The notes below the pieces were generated by a model, which made no database searches, had not been told where the DNA came from, and saw only the letters and a program-made list of their open reading frames with translations. Below, one piece after another: positions 50,191 through 64,000 of a DNA stretch of 64,000 nucleotides (position 1 is its first letter; each line of letters opens with the position of its first letter). The position numbers were made by a program, and so were the translations under genes. Origin of the DNA: Eledone cirrhosa (lineage: Eukaryota); NCBI GenBank assembly GCA_964016885.1, contig OZ024741.1, forward strand, positions 106,578,001 through 106,642,000, in the 5' to 3' direction.

Positions 50191-50275
50191 ATCTCTAACA
50201 GCACCTAGATGGATAACCCAATCTCTAACAGCACCTAGATGGATAACCCAATCTCTAACAGAACCTAGATGGATA
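50191..50275. repeat. About 3 x 30-bp tandem repeat ATCTCTAACAGCACCTAGATGGATAACCCA
   Basis: Seen directly. Confidence 0.85.
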
Positions 50276-51010
50276 AGAACTGAGACGAGGTAACGAGTAG
50301 GAGGGTCACTCTCACATAGAAATAGGCGGAGAAGATTCTATCTCTAATGTCGTCAATTACTACCGCCCGACTGTCGTGCCTTGTCCTCTTTTTTGTTGCA
50401 CGGATATTATTGCATGTAGGATGCATCCAGCTATCGACCGACTCTATCGTAAAGAGCATCCTGCACCTTCTTTTCTTTGGCCAAGAAAGGCAGGCAGTTT
50501 TTCTGCCTGGTGGCTGTAGCGAAAGAGTTTTTTTTTGGGTGGATGCGATTGTAAGGAATGAAAACAGAAACACTCCTCTTCGGCCATGTCCACATCAACT
50601 TTTTTAAGTTCCACTTGGAAGGGAAGGTGAAGGTGGAAAGGGATGTGTCCCCCCCCCCCCCTCCAGTATATTTGTTTAAAGGTGGTGAATGTAGACAGAA
50701 TGGTCCGATTGAATGAGCTTTCCCTGACCATGCACCTGTAGGCTAGAGAATTTAGAGAGAAGTATGGTGCCTTCCGATGGTGCTGTTGGAGATTAGGTTG
50801 GTTTAGGATTTGTGAGGTTCGTCAGCTACCCCTGGGTGGTACCACCCTCTATAGGGGAATTTTATTGTTATTAATTTATTGTTAATGGTTGGCTGTTTTC
50901 CTTTTTTACACGTTTTATGTACATCCTCACTGCCCCAGTTTTTTTATTGTCCGTTATATTTCGGCCCTTGTGGCCAATAAACAACAAATAATAATAATAA
51001 TAATAATAAT
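50270..51010 (+). mobile_element. Old, heavily decayed Tx1 copy E with (AAT)n tail
   Basis: Remnants of NWDEVTS, TVVPCP and RMVRLN.LSL..HL-TAG. 3' end GCCCTTGTGGCCAATAAAC followed by (AAT)n. Confidence 0.7.
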
Positions 51011-51425
51011 AAAAACAAAAATTATTAATATATGTATATGTGTATGTACATAATGTCTCTAAATACATGTGCTTTAAAAGAGCTGAGCTTGCATTTGATT
51101 AAAAGATATTTCATCGTCCATCTTGAATAAATGGGTCGCAGACGCAGTAGCCGTGGATTGGCGGAATATTATCATGTGACGCTTCACTTGCAAATAGGAA
51201 ATAGAAATGACAAGAGTATAGAAAAGAATCTCAACGACGAAAATGGGATGAAGATGAAATTAAGGCTAGGGAGATTTTAATGGAAGTGTGATAAAACAAC
51301 AATAACAAAGATAAAGAAGAAAGAAAGAGTGTGTGTGAGAGAGATAGAGAGAGTAAGAGGGAGAGAGAGAGAAAGTAAGAGAGAACAAGAGAGAGATAGA
51401 GAGAGTAAGAGGGAGAGAGAGAGAG

Positions 51426-51500
<75 letters not shown>

Positions 51501-51707
51501 AATAGAGAGAGTAAGAGAGAACAAGAGCGCGCGCGAGAGAGAGAGAGAGAAAGAGAAAGTGTGTGTGTAAAAAAAGTGAGAAATGAAGAAAGAGAGAGAC
51601 AAACAGAACGAGAATGAGAAAGACAAAGAGGGAGATAGTAAGAGAGGGAGTTAAGAGAGATAGTGTAAAAGAGTAAAAGTGAGAGAGAGGAATTGAGAAA
51701 GATAGAT

Positions 51708-51748
<41 letters not shown>

Positions 51749-52318
51749 AGATAAAATAGCAACAATATAAACATTAAAATGGCCGACAACAAATGTGAAA
51801 ATAAAAATAAATGAAGATGGACGGAAAAAAGATCCTGCAATAGGCTGTAAGGCTGTAAATGACGGCAACTATGGCGTATATTACTAGGTTTTAGTCGACA
51901 TATGTTCCATCAATGGCTATTCAGATTGCGTCTTAAATATCTTCTCTTTAGGTTATTTACTGCGTTTCGGAAAACTGATTTGGTCTGGGCTTATTGTAAA
52001 AGACATTAAACTATGACAAGACGTCAAAAACTTATAATCATTTTGTTTACAATTGCAGCCAACGTAATAATTTAATTACTAGCGACAGAAACTGAAATCA
52101 AACCGTCAGAAAACAAAGTATATAAAATATACGGGGCTGGCTCATAAAATATCAAGTTTGCTCGGCTTTTTGTTTTTTGTTTGTTTCGTGATACTTATTT
52201 CGTTATTTCTTTATCTCTTTATTTATATAATTTCCTCAACCAGGCTTGCCTTCACTGTTTAATCTCCCCTTCCATGTAGCTTCTTAATGGAAAAAGGAAG
52301 GAGGGATGGCGTAAAGTA

Positions 52319-52351
<33 letters not shown>

Positions 52352-52452
52352 TTTATGTATATACACATATATATATATGTGTGTATATAAAAAAAAAAAT
52401 ATATATATACACAAGTATATGTACACATATATATATATACATATATGTATAT

Positions 52453-52515
<63 letters not shown>

Positions 52516-52654
52516 ATATATATATATACATATATTTATGTATATACATATACACACATATATATATATACACGTATATATACATATATATATATGTGTA
52601 TATATATATATATATATGAGTATATATATAAACATATATATATATATATATAGT

Positions 52655-52694
<40 letters not shown>

Positions 52695-52824
52695 GGGAAA
52701 GAGAAAGAGAAGAAAGTAAGAGAATGAGTGTGAGACCAACACATAACCACACACACATATACACAAGCATAAGCACACACACCCAAATACTCAGACACAC
52801 ACACATACATACCTACATTTAAAT

Positions 52825-53165
52825 AGGCGCACGCATGGCGTTGTGGTTAAGAAGTTGGCTTCGCAATCCCGTGATTTCGGGTTCAGTCTCAAAGAGCTGC
52901 GCCTTGGACTAGTGACTTCTTTAATAGTCTCGGGGTGACCAATGCCTTGTGAGAAGAATTTCGTAGACGGTAAGTAATTGTATGAGTGTCCATGTCTGTA
53001 TTTACGTTTCCTGACTATTTATGTCCTATAACTTAACGGTTCAACACAATGAGATCGATAAAATTTGTGCCAGATTAAAAAAATAAGTCAATATTATCGA
53101 CTAAATTCCTTCTAGACGGTGTCACAGCCTGAATGCAGTCAAATAACTGAAACAACTAAAATTAA
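52825..53165 (+). mobile_element. Second-family tRNA SINE (OR-like)
   Basis: A-box TGGCGTTGTGG, B-box-like GGTTCAGTCTC, then GACCAATGCCTTGTGAG...GTAGACGG and GATCGATAAAA...CCAG. Confidence 0.7.
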
Positions 53166-53218
53166 AGAACACACACATTCATACACACACACACACGTAT
53201 ATATATATATGTGTGTGT

Positions 53219-53254
<36 letters not shown>

Positions 53255-53319
53255 ACACACACACACATATATATATACATATATATATACATAACACACA
53301 TATGTATGTATGCATGCAC

Positions 53320-53355
<36 letters not shown>

Positions 53356-53568
53356 TCATACACACACAGACATATGTATATATGCATGTATATCTGTCCT
53401 TGTAGCCTTATAAGGTGTGTGTGTGTAGACAGCGAGCAAAGCAACGCAAAAAGACATTAGATAGATAGATAGATGTAGATAGCCAAATAACCGGCTTGGC
53501 CTACTCTTTCAATTTACAGACAATAGAACGTACTTATATACGCTCACTTACACACAGACACACACATA

Positions 53569-53599
<31 letters not shown>

Positions 53600-53748
53600 G
53601 CGGATACATCGACAGATATAGGGTATTGATAAGTAAGTAGCTAAATGGATAGATAAATTGATAGATAAATTAGCCATTTTAAAATTACTGAAACATTTAT
53701 GTATAGTCGCACACACAGACAGACACACACACACACACACACACACAG

Positions 53749-53810
<62 letters not shown>

Positions 53811-54001
53811 ACACACAGAAACACACTCACCAACGGATATATATCTGTATCTGTGTATGTGCGTGTGCGTGTGTCTCTCTCTATATGTATATATTTATGT
53901 ATGCATATAAATTTATGCATACAAATACACACACCCAGACTCACACATACATACACACACACACACACAAACATATATATATATATATGTATACATACAT
54001 A

Positions 54002-54070
<69 letters not shown>

Positions 54071-54570
54071 AAAAAAAAATATATATGTACATATGTACAT
54101 ATATACGTATATGTGTGTGTGTGTGTGTAAATATATGTATGTATGTACACACACACACTGACACATACACACATATATAAATAAATAAGATCGGGTGGAC
54201 GGAAGTGATATAATGCAGAAAGTAGAAACGGAAACGAAACACGAAAGAAGCGAAACAGACACACAAACAAACAAACATATACACGCACATATACTAATAA
54301 ACTTGTACTGAAATACATACATAATAGCATCAACAACAAAAAAGCCATGAAAAATAAGGATAATATAAAGTGAAGCGGAGAAAAAACAAAAAAATATGAG
54401 AAAACCGCTTAAATAACTGAAAAAAATTTGATGGCGGACATTTTGTTTTTAGCCCTTTTACGGAATATCCATTGTTTTTTTCATTCTTCCTATTTTTTAA
54501 ATCTTTGCAATGATTCCTAATTAGATGTTATTTTAAAGACATTAGTTTTCATTTCTGAATTAACAACTAC

Positions 54571-54625
<55 letters not shown>

Positions 54626-55099
54626 CTTCTTCTTCTTCTTCTTCTTCTTCTTCTTCTTCTTCTTCTTCTTCTTCTTCTTCTTCTTCTTCTTCTTCTTCTT
54701 CTTCTTCTTCTTCGTCGTCGTCGTCGTCTTCTTCTTCTTCTTCTTCTTCTTCTTCTTCTTCTTCTTCTTCTTCTTCTTCTTCTTCTTCTTCTTCTTCTTC
54801 TTCTTCTTCTTCTTCTTCTTCTTCTTCTCTGCAATGATGTTATTATAGAACCGCACGTCACATAACGCCACCTCAGTATTTCACATGAATGTAATTAGAT
54901 GAATTAGTTGAGTCAAATCTTTATTATTTCACAGAATGGTAATTAGGTGTGCTTGAGATGGCAAACACCAACGGATTAGAAGGTCTTTAGCCGTTAATTA
55001 AGAATTCAACATTCATTAAATAAATAGCAGATATCCAGCATCATCTAGACCACATCCAGAGAAAAGCTATTCGACTAATTGTCATAAAGACACTCATAA

Positions 55100-55580
55100 A
55101 TATACTCTGTCTACTGGTCACTATCCTAACAAGTACACCCTGTCTACTGGTCACTGGTCCAACAAATATATTCTGTCTATTGGTCACTAGCTCAAGAAAT
55201 ATTGTCTACTGGTCACTGGTCAAATATATTCTGCCTACTGGTCACTGGTCAGTAACCCAGCAACTACACTCTGTCTACTGGTCACTGGTCTCGGGTCCAA
55301 CAAATATATATTTCCTATTGGACACTGGTCACTATCCCAACAAGTACACTCTGTCTACTGGTCACTGGTCACTGGTCACTATCCCAACAAGTACACTCTG
55401 TCTACTGGTCACTGGTCACTGGTCACTATCCCAACAAGTACACCCTGTCTACTGGTCCACTAAATATATTGTTTACTGGTCACTGGTCACTGGTCACTAT
55501 CCCAACAAGTACACTCTGTCTACTGGTCACTGGTCCAACAAATATATTCTGTCTATTGGTCACTAGCTCAAGAAATATTC
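55100..55580. repeat. Irregular minisatellite of CTGGTCA / CTATCCCAACAAGTACACTCTGTCTA units
   Basis: Seen directly. Confidence 0.85.
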
Positions 55581-55997
55581 TACACTAAACGTGCGGTCTC
55601 CTGACTCCCATTTTCTACTGAAATTACATTGGTCCCTGCAGTGTCTACCATTTAAGTCATACGAAACTTTCTCTTTTGTTCATCTCAAAACACAAAATAC
55701 AGCCTAAAACTATATCCCGCTTCTTCCACTTCCTTCCCTCTCTCCTCTCTTCCACTTCCCTCTCTAACCCCCGCTCTTTTTCTATCTGCCTGTCTGTCAG
55801 TCTCCCTCACTCTATCTTCTTCTTCTTCTTCTTCTTCTTCTTCTTCTTCTTCTTCTTCTTCTTCTTCTTCTTCTTCTTCTTCTTCTTCTTCTTCTTCTTC
55901 TTCTTCTTCTTCTTCTTCTTCTTCTTCTTCTTCTTCTTCTTCTTCTTCTTCTTCTTCTTCTTCTTCTTCTTCTTCTTCTTCTTCTTCTTCTTCTTCT

Positions 55998-57788
55998 GTG
56001 CTCGAGGTGGCAGACTTCGGACCCGTGTTCAGGGGCTGGATTACTTCAATCCACAGCAGCAACATCAAGGGTCAAGGTGAACGGCTACCTCTCGGAGCCG
56101 TTCCATATCACGCGATCCATCCGACAGGGATGCCCTCTCTCCTCCCTTCTGTACGTACTGACTCTCGAGCCACTACTGCGGAAGTTGGAGCTATTGCAGG
56201 GCATCCATTTGGCACCGGGACTGCGAAAAGCGGCGTCGGTCTACGCCGACAACGTGACAGGAATGATGTTGAGCACCTCGCAAATCGGGGAGGTCGGCAC
56301 CTTACTGGAGGAATACGAAAGGTTCACAGGAGCGAAGCTGAACCGGGACAAATCCGTCGGTTTGCAACTCGGAACATGGAGAGGCAAACCGATGCCTTCC
56401 AATGACATCGTCGGATGCTGGACGGAAAGACCGGTAAAGCTGCTCGGGGTCTGGTTTGGTCCGGACCTCCAGGTGGAGAAGAACTGGAACGAGGTGATCT
56501 CCAAGGTGTTTGCGCTCACCCAGAAGTGGGCCTAGTGCAAACTATCCTTGAAAGGTCGAGTGGAGGTGTCGAACACTTTTATAGCGTCCGTCATCTACTA
56601 CCGCTTGACCGTCGTGTCTTGTCCAGCCAAAACGCTCACCAAAATGGAGCGTGCGCTCTTCCAATTCCTTTGGAAGAAACGGGCTCCTTTGGTGAGAAGA
56701 TCCATCTGCTGTCAACACCCTTCAAACGGAGGGTTTGGGGATGCCGTGGCTGACGATTAGCAAACGCGCCCTCAGGCTGCGGCACCTCCACGTATTCCTC
56801 ACCGGACAACCGGTGTGGGTCCCGTTCGTGAGGCGAGCCTTCCCACGACTCGTCTCGCTGACAGAGCTGCAGTCCTGGGTCAAGCAAAGACCGAGGAAAA
56901 TGGGCGACTGGCACATCGAATATGCTCAGGCGGTCACAGTTCTCTGGCAAACGGACCCGGCGATCAGTGGAGACTCCACTTCGACATTCTATAGAGGGTT
57001 GGTCCGCAGAAAATGCGACGACACGCTAGGAGAAACTCTCGGCCTAGAGGAGGACAAACTGGCCAGTCTGTTCGGTAGGACCTTCCGCCCGGAACCAATG
57101 GACAACTTCCAAAAGTCCCTGGCCTGGCAGTGCTACCGAGGAGCTCTACCAGTTCGAGACAAGCTCTACAGACACGAGCGCCCGGGCAGAGACCCTTTGA
57201 AAAAGATCTGTCCGAGGGCCTTCCGCCCCGGACCGATGGACAACTTCCACCCTCCTTCAAAATCGAAGGAGAGGCGGTTTTCCTTTGTGTAATAGCTATG
57301 GCGATAGAGGTTGTATGGTGGACGAGGTTAAAAGGGCTGAGTTCAGACACCTTTCTCTCCGGTCAACAACTGATTGCTTTTTTCAAATACCACTTTGGAA
57401 GAAGAATCAGAATGGAGAGAGAGGTGCTGTACCCCAGCAAGTTTTATGAAAGGTGGGTGAAAGTGGCGAGAATGGTCCGAGTGAATGGGTCTTCTCTCTA
57501 TATCAGCCTGTAGGTTTAGGAAAAAGAGGAAGAGAGGAAAGGGGTACAAACTCTTCGTACTCCTGGAGATGAGGGTTGCACATTTTTTCGGGGGTATGTG
57601 TTACCCATATGAAATGTCTCCCCCTGTTGGGGAGAATAGATTAATTTTTAAATTGCATTTGCGATAGTATTTTACACGTTTTTATTGTATGTAAACTTCC
57701 CCTTTTGTATTTGTCCCCTTCCTTTGTGCCCCTGTGGCTAATAAAGAAACATATCTATCTGTCAATCAATCTATCCATCGATCTATCT
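55998..57788 (+). mobile_element. Tx1 LINE copy F, 5' truncated in RT, frameshifted, TATC tail
   Basis: QGCPLS, YADN, LGVWFGPD etc. Follows a (CTT)n tract; ends AATAAAGAAACATATCTATC. Confidence 0.95.
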
Positions 57789-60700
57789 TCCCCACCCCTA
57801 CCCCCACCCCACCAGACACCCCCTCCCCACCAAACATCTCTGCCCCCACCCCTCCAGAGACCACCACCCCACCAAACAACCGCTCCAACACCGCCATGAA
57901 AATTGTGCAGCCTGGTCCCCCAGGAGATGAAGAGGTGAGTGATTTCTTTTCTTCTTCTTTTAAGTTTTCAGCACCAACATGGCCAATATAAGAGTTGGAT
58001 GTGTGAATGTACGCGGCCTGGGGATGCCCTTGAAACAGGGCAAACTCTTAAACGACCTCAGGTCGCACAGTATGGATGTAGTAGCCATTTGCGAGTCCAA
58101 GATCCACAGCGAGCGACAACTGGCCCCCATCTTCGACGACTTTGAGATCTACGCATCTCTCTGTCAGCCGGGAAGTGGGGTGGGTTGCCGTTTTGCTGCG
58201 GAAACACCTGGACCTCGTAACACAGACGGTACATCTGAACCCGGAGGGTCGACTGGTGGTCCTAGACGTTGACGGTAGTGAAGGTGGAGCCTTCAGGCTG
58301 GTGGCCGCATATGCACCATCCGGGACACCGCGGCAAGACTTCTTCAAATGTCTAGAGACTTTTCTGGGAACGTCCCGCTCCCTGCTGTTAGTGGGGGACT
58401 GGAATGGAATCCTAAATGCACGTTGGGACTATGTGGGAGCATGTCCCGATAGAGGGGGGTGTAACAGCCTTAAACACTTAATCGGCCGATTTTACCTGGC
58501 CGATAGATGTCGACTAGATTTTCCGACTGTGTCACTGTGGACGTGGACTAATCGTAGCGGAACATCTAGATCGTACCTAGATAGGGTTCTAGTTAGAAAG
58601 AAGGATAGGGACATGTTAAGCTGTCCACAAATGTTCATGGTTGCCTATTCAGATCACAAATTAGTGACCTGCTTAGTCAACCTTGACAAAACCCATAGAC
58701 AGAGACCCGGCTACTGGAAGCTGAACTTGTTACCGACATGCAAAGCCTACAGTAGACGGATTAGCACTTTAGTTAAGTAGCACTTGACGGGGGCCATTGT
58801 CAACAACAGATGGTGGTACTATCTCGAGAGGGCAGTTAGATTAGACTCGATAAGTTTTAGTAAAGAATTAGTGTTAGATAGAAATAAGACCGAAAGGAAC
58901 TGGTAGATAAAGTAGAAGAGGCACTTAGGAGTGGCAACGTAGCCAGCGTGCTAGCGACGAGAACGGCATTGGACCAGTTCTTCGACGCAAAGCATGAAGG
59001 CTGCGTTGTCAGAAGCAAAATACGTGCTCTGGGAAACGAGGGAGCTAAAGCTGTTAGCTGGGCCCGAGTGACAGAGGCAAAAGGTGACAACAAGTCCACG
59101 ATTCGGTCTTTGAAGGACCAAGACTGACGCGTGATACGTGAGCCGAAGCAATTGTGCGCGGCCATTCAGCGACACTTTGCTCAACCTTTCGGGCAGGGCG
59201 GCGCGCCGGGAGCGGCTATGGATTTCGGTTCCTACCGCGACTCTAGGACAGCCAGGCGAAGTTCTGCGAAAGGCCGACTTCGGCCGCTGAGATAGGGGAC
59301 GTGCTGAGCCAATGCGGCAAACGCAAATATCCAGGTCTCGACGGTCTACTCTACGAATTTTACGTAGCAATGCCGGACTTGTTCTCCGGTCTCCTGGAAG
59401 CAGTCTACTGCAACTGGCAGCAGAACGGGAGAATTCCCAGTTCCGTGATCAAGGGCGTAATCACGTTAGTCAGGAAGGACGAGAACAAGGGGGATGACAT
59501 AGGCAACTTCCGGCCCATAACTCTGCTCAACACAGAGTTACAGATTTTGGCCAAGGTGTTGGCAAAGAGGCTGGCGCTTGTCGTCGAAAACCTGGTGGGA
59601 GAAGTGCAGACATGCGCAATCCCGACCAGGTCCATACACGAGTGCGAAAAGCAGTAATGGTGACAGTAATGGTGTCGAGCACCTCGCAAATCGTGGAGAT
59701 CGGCACCTAGCTGGAGGAATACGAAAGGTTCACAGGAGCGAAGCTTAACCGGGACAAATCCGTCGGTTTTCAACTCGGAACCTGGAGCGGCAAACCGATG
59801 CCTTCCGATGACGTCGTCGGACGCTGGACGGAAGGACCGGTAAAGCTGCTCGGGGTCTGGTTTGGTCCAGACCTCTAGGTGGAGAAGAACTGGAACGAGG
59901 TGACGGCCAAGGTGTTTGCGCTCACCCAGAAGTGGGTCGAGTACAAACTATCCTTGAAAGGTCGAGTCATCTACTACCACTTGACCGTCGCGCCTTGTCC
60001 AGCTAAAACGCTCACCAAAATGGAGCGTGCGCTCTTCCAATTCCTATGGAAGAAACGGGCTCCTTTGGTGAGAAGATCCATCTGCTGCCAACACCCTTCA
60101 AACGGAGGGCTGGGGATGCCGTGGCTGACGATGCGCAAACACGCGCTCAGGCTGCGGCACCTCCACGTATTCCTCACCAGACAACCGGTGGCGAGACAAC
60201 CGGAGGCGAGCCTTCCCACGACTCGTCTCGCTGACAGAGCTGCAGTCCTGGGTCAAGCAAAGATCGAGGAAAATAGGCGACTGGCACATCGAATGTGCTC
60301 AGGCGGTCACAGTCCTCTGGCAAACGGACCCGGCAATCAGTGGGGACTCCACTTCGACATACTATAGAGGGTTGGTCCGCAGCAAGTGCGACGACACGCT
60401 AGGAGAAACTCTCGGCCTAGAGGAGGACGAACTGGCCAGTCTGTTCGGTAGGACCTTCCGCCCGGGACCAATGGACAACTTCCAAATGTCCCTGGCCTGA
60501 CAGTGCTACCGAGGAGCTCTACCAGTTCGAGACAAGCTCTACAGACACGGGCGCCCGGGTAGGGACCCTTCGAAAAAGATCTGTCCGAGATGCGTGCGCG
60601 ACGAGGAAACCGTCGCACACGCATTTGTACACTGCCCGAGTGTTACCGACCTGTGGGGCCATGTAGAACGACTATGGTCGCGGGTGGGACCAATCCGGTT

Positions 60701-61249
60701 GACCACCGAGTCCATTGTCATGATCAAACCGCCACCCTCCTTCAAAAACGAGGGAGAGGCGGTTTTCCTATGTGTTATGGCTATGGTGAAAGAGGTTATA
60801 TGGTGGACGAGGTTAAAAGGGCTGAGGTCAGACACCTTTCTCTCCGGCGAGCAACTGATTCGTTTTTTCAAATATCATTTTGGAAGAAGAATCAGGATGG
60901 AGAGAGAGGTGCTGTACTCCAGCAAATTTTATAAAAAGTGGGTGAATGTGGCAAAGATGGCTCGAGTGGTTGGGCCTTCTCTCTATATAAGCCTGTAGGT
61001 TGAGGAAAAAGAGGAAGGGGGGAGGAGAGTACTCACTCTTGGTGCTCCTGGAGATGAGGATTGTACATTTTTTCGGGGTGTGTACAACCCCTGTGTAACA
61101 CCTCCCCTTATTGGGGATATCAATTGTTATTTGTTATTGTATTAATAGTTTTATTTTCATATATCTGTATGTAAACTCCCCATTTGTATTTGTCCCCTTC
61201 TTTTGTGCCCTTGTGGCTAATAAAGAAATTTATCTATCTACCTATCTAC
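57789..61249 (+). mobile_element. Tx1 LINE copy G: ORF1 tail and decayed ORF2 with an internal RT deletion, directly abutting the TATC tail of copy F
   Basis: ATG at 57979 (MANIRVGCVNVRGLG), GDWN, SDHKLV. Jump from TRSIH to VTVMVS at about 59640-59660. Ends AATAAAGAAATTTATCTATC. Confidence 0.95.
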
Positions 61250-62067
61250 CTCTCTCCCTCTCAGCCATTCCATCACCTTTTCTTCTCTATCTCTCCCCCC
61301 CTCCCCGTCCTCTCCAATTCTCCCTATTTCTCATTCCCCCAGCCCCGTACACAACAGAATTACAATCCAGTAGAACGCTCCCACACCCGCTGCTTGTAAT
61401 CTATTTTACTTACAGACATTACCATTCAAAACTTCACCCGGAATATTCCCGCCACCAATGCATGCAGGGGTCAGAAAACATCCATGGGCACTGTCCCCTC
61501 ATCATCTTATCTCAAATATTTAATAATAACTAAACAACAGACTTTCTAATTGTTCTTCAGGCCAGGCGTATATTCCACCTTGTTTTCTGCAAATTCCTTC
61601 TTCCCCATTTTTTGGCCCACCCCACTTCTACCCCCACTTCCATCATTTTCCCTCCCCCGATACCTCCTCTTTCCTTCGTTCCACCCCTCTCTCCTTAAAC
61701 CCTTGTCCTCCCTCCTCACCTCTCTTCCCACGCCGGCTCCACTCTCCCTACTCGCAATTCCCTCGTACTTCCTCTCCCCCTGTCCCACTCCACCCCTCAC
61801 CACTCCACCCCTCACCATGCACCTTTGTCCTCTCTCTCCGCCTCTTCCCTCCGCCGACGTCCCTCACCCCCTCCTACCATTACCAACCAATTATTATGCC
61901 AAGTGAATCCAATTGCTTGTTTCATATGCTACTCGGTTATGTTAGAGCTGTGAAGAGGGGGGTGGACATTGAGAGGTATCGCTTACTATAGATATAACAT
62001 ACATACATACACACACACACGAATATATATATATATATACATATTTGGGGGATTTTACTCTTCTCTC

Positions 62068-62121
<54 letters not shown>

Positions 62122-62141
62122 TATATAAATATATATTAAAA

Positions 62142-62269
<128 letters not shown>

Positions 62270-62369
62270 GTCATACACACCATACATAGATACATATGCC
62301 CATGCACACACAAGCGCGTACATAAACATACATGTATACATACACATATGCACGCACACACACACACAA

Positions 62370-62476
<107 letters not shown>

Positions 62477-62642
62477 GTATATTCATACATATATACATAT
62501 ATGCATAAACAAAAGCAACCACTCCACACATATAAGGCATAACATGCATAATTCACTATCTCAATATACACGAACAGTCAGATGGATAGGTAGATAGATA
62601 GAGATATATATAGAGAGATGGATGGATAGAGAGATTGACAGA

Positions 62643-62730
<88 letters not shown>

Positions 62731-62967
62731 GTGAGAGAGAAAGACACACACTTACACAGACAGAAACAGCCTCCCCCCATCTGCCACGAATACACACACG
62801 CATACACCCGATTACACACCCACACACAACCAGTATACAAGCTACACTACACTATCAATATGCTAGGGGGCGAGTTGGTAGAGTCATTTTAGCGTAAAAG
62901 TCAAAATAGTTTTTGGTGTTCTGTGGTTCGTCATATTGGAGGCGTTGAAATATGCTACCAGTCCAAG

Positions 62968-63060
62968 ATAGTGGATTGGCGGAATCGTTAGAGCACCGAA
63001 AAAAGATACTGTGTGATATCTGTTCTGGTGCTTTGTGTTCTGAGTTCAAATTCTGCTGTC
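62968..63060 (+). mobile_element. 5' tRNA-like head of OK-like SINE
   Basis: GTGGATTGGCGGAATCGTTAGAGC...TTCTGAGTTCAAATTCTGC. Confidence 0.7.
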
Positions 63061-63769
63061 TATTCACATCCTCACTCCTGAGTTTCGGGGACCATGGTTG
63101 TTATTGATTTTGTAGTTATTGCGGCTATAGTTGTTATTGTTGATATCGTGGTTATAGTTGTTACTGTTACTATGTTATTATGGTTGTTATTATGGTTATT
63201 AAGCTATTCATAAATGCTAATCTAGATGATGATGAATGTCTATGATTCTCAACGTCTGTGACTCACGAATGCTCGCCCAACTATTACTCGGGAGCTGGCT
63301 ACCGAGTCGCAGCTTATTCGCCTTCATCACAAAGATGAAGCCGTTAACCACATGAAAGTTTGTCAACTAAGTGACTAATAAGTCTCATCTACCCCGGTTT
63401 TGAAATCAGAGTGATAGTGATCCTTCTAGACATACTCACAACCAATGCTAACGACCTCTCTTTACCAATTTGTTATTTTTCTACACACTACCTGATGCCT
63501 GCTAACTCTCCTGATTACCTCAAAACTTTCATAATGGTGTTGCCGGTTTAATCTTCGACGACTCGAACATATGACAGACATGGGTGATATAATTAATCCA
63601 TCAACAGATTTAACATCACCACAGTGCTCTTGGCTACCTTTAGCGGAGATAATTTCTGTTGTAAATAACAAGTCTCTCTATATCTAGTTTAGAGATATCA
63701 GATCTCTGAAAACGACCTCTCCCTCCGAGGAAACAGGGAAAAAACCCCTACACATACCACACTACAACA

Positions 63770-64000
63770 CTCACTTCTACACACCACGACTCTCACTGCA
63801 ACATACCATATCACACACTTCTACTCACCAAAACACAAATTTCAACACACCACAACACACCATACTATGACCACTTCAACATACCACAAACACACTTCCA
63901 AACACCCCAACACATCACAACACATTTCAACACACCACAACACACATTTCAACACACCACAACACACATTTCAACATACTACAACACACACTTCCAAACA
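63770..64000. repeat. CAACACACCACAACACACATTT-like short tandem repeat
   Basis: Seen directly. Confidence 0.75.

Overview
Eukaryotic, non-genic, repeat-saturated DNA. It is most likely an octopus genome; this is inferred from the OK-like/Nin-domain tRNA SINEs and the extreme (TA)n/(CA)n/(GA)n/(TATC)n load. No host protein-coding gene is supported. Main contents: (1) Eight copies of one Tx1/L1-clade LINE family, one with an intact 1145-aa EN-RT-CCHC ORF2 (37205-40642). Seven copies end in AATAAA-GAAA-(TATC)n and five also have (TATC)n at their 5'-truncated junction, which suggests a GATA/TATC-microsatellite-targeting retrotransposon that nests into its own tails. (2) A Penelope-like element hotspot (about 23.7-26.3 kb) with a GIY-YIG fold-back element, a PLE RT remnant and four type I hammerhead ribozyme motifs, one with a compensatory U3:A8 core. 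Further hammerhead-derived motifs lie at about 0.6, 6.4, 34.9 and 44.2 kb. (3) A full-length decayed hAT transposon with TIRs and an 8-bp TSD. (4) Mariner, RTE and Tc1 remnants, many SINEs, a 25x44-bp minisatellite and large simple-repeat tracts. Most entries in the supplied ORF track are microsatellite artefacts or shadow frames. All calls were made by eye; no database search was run.
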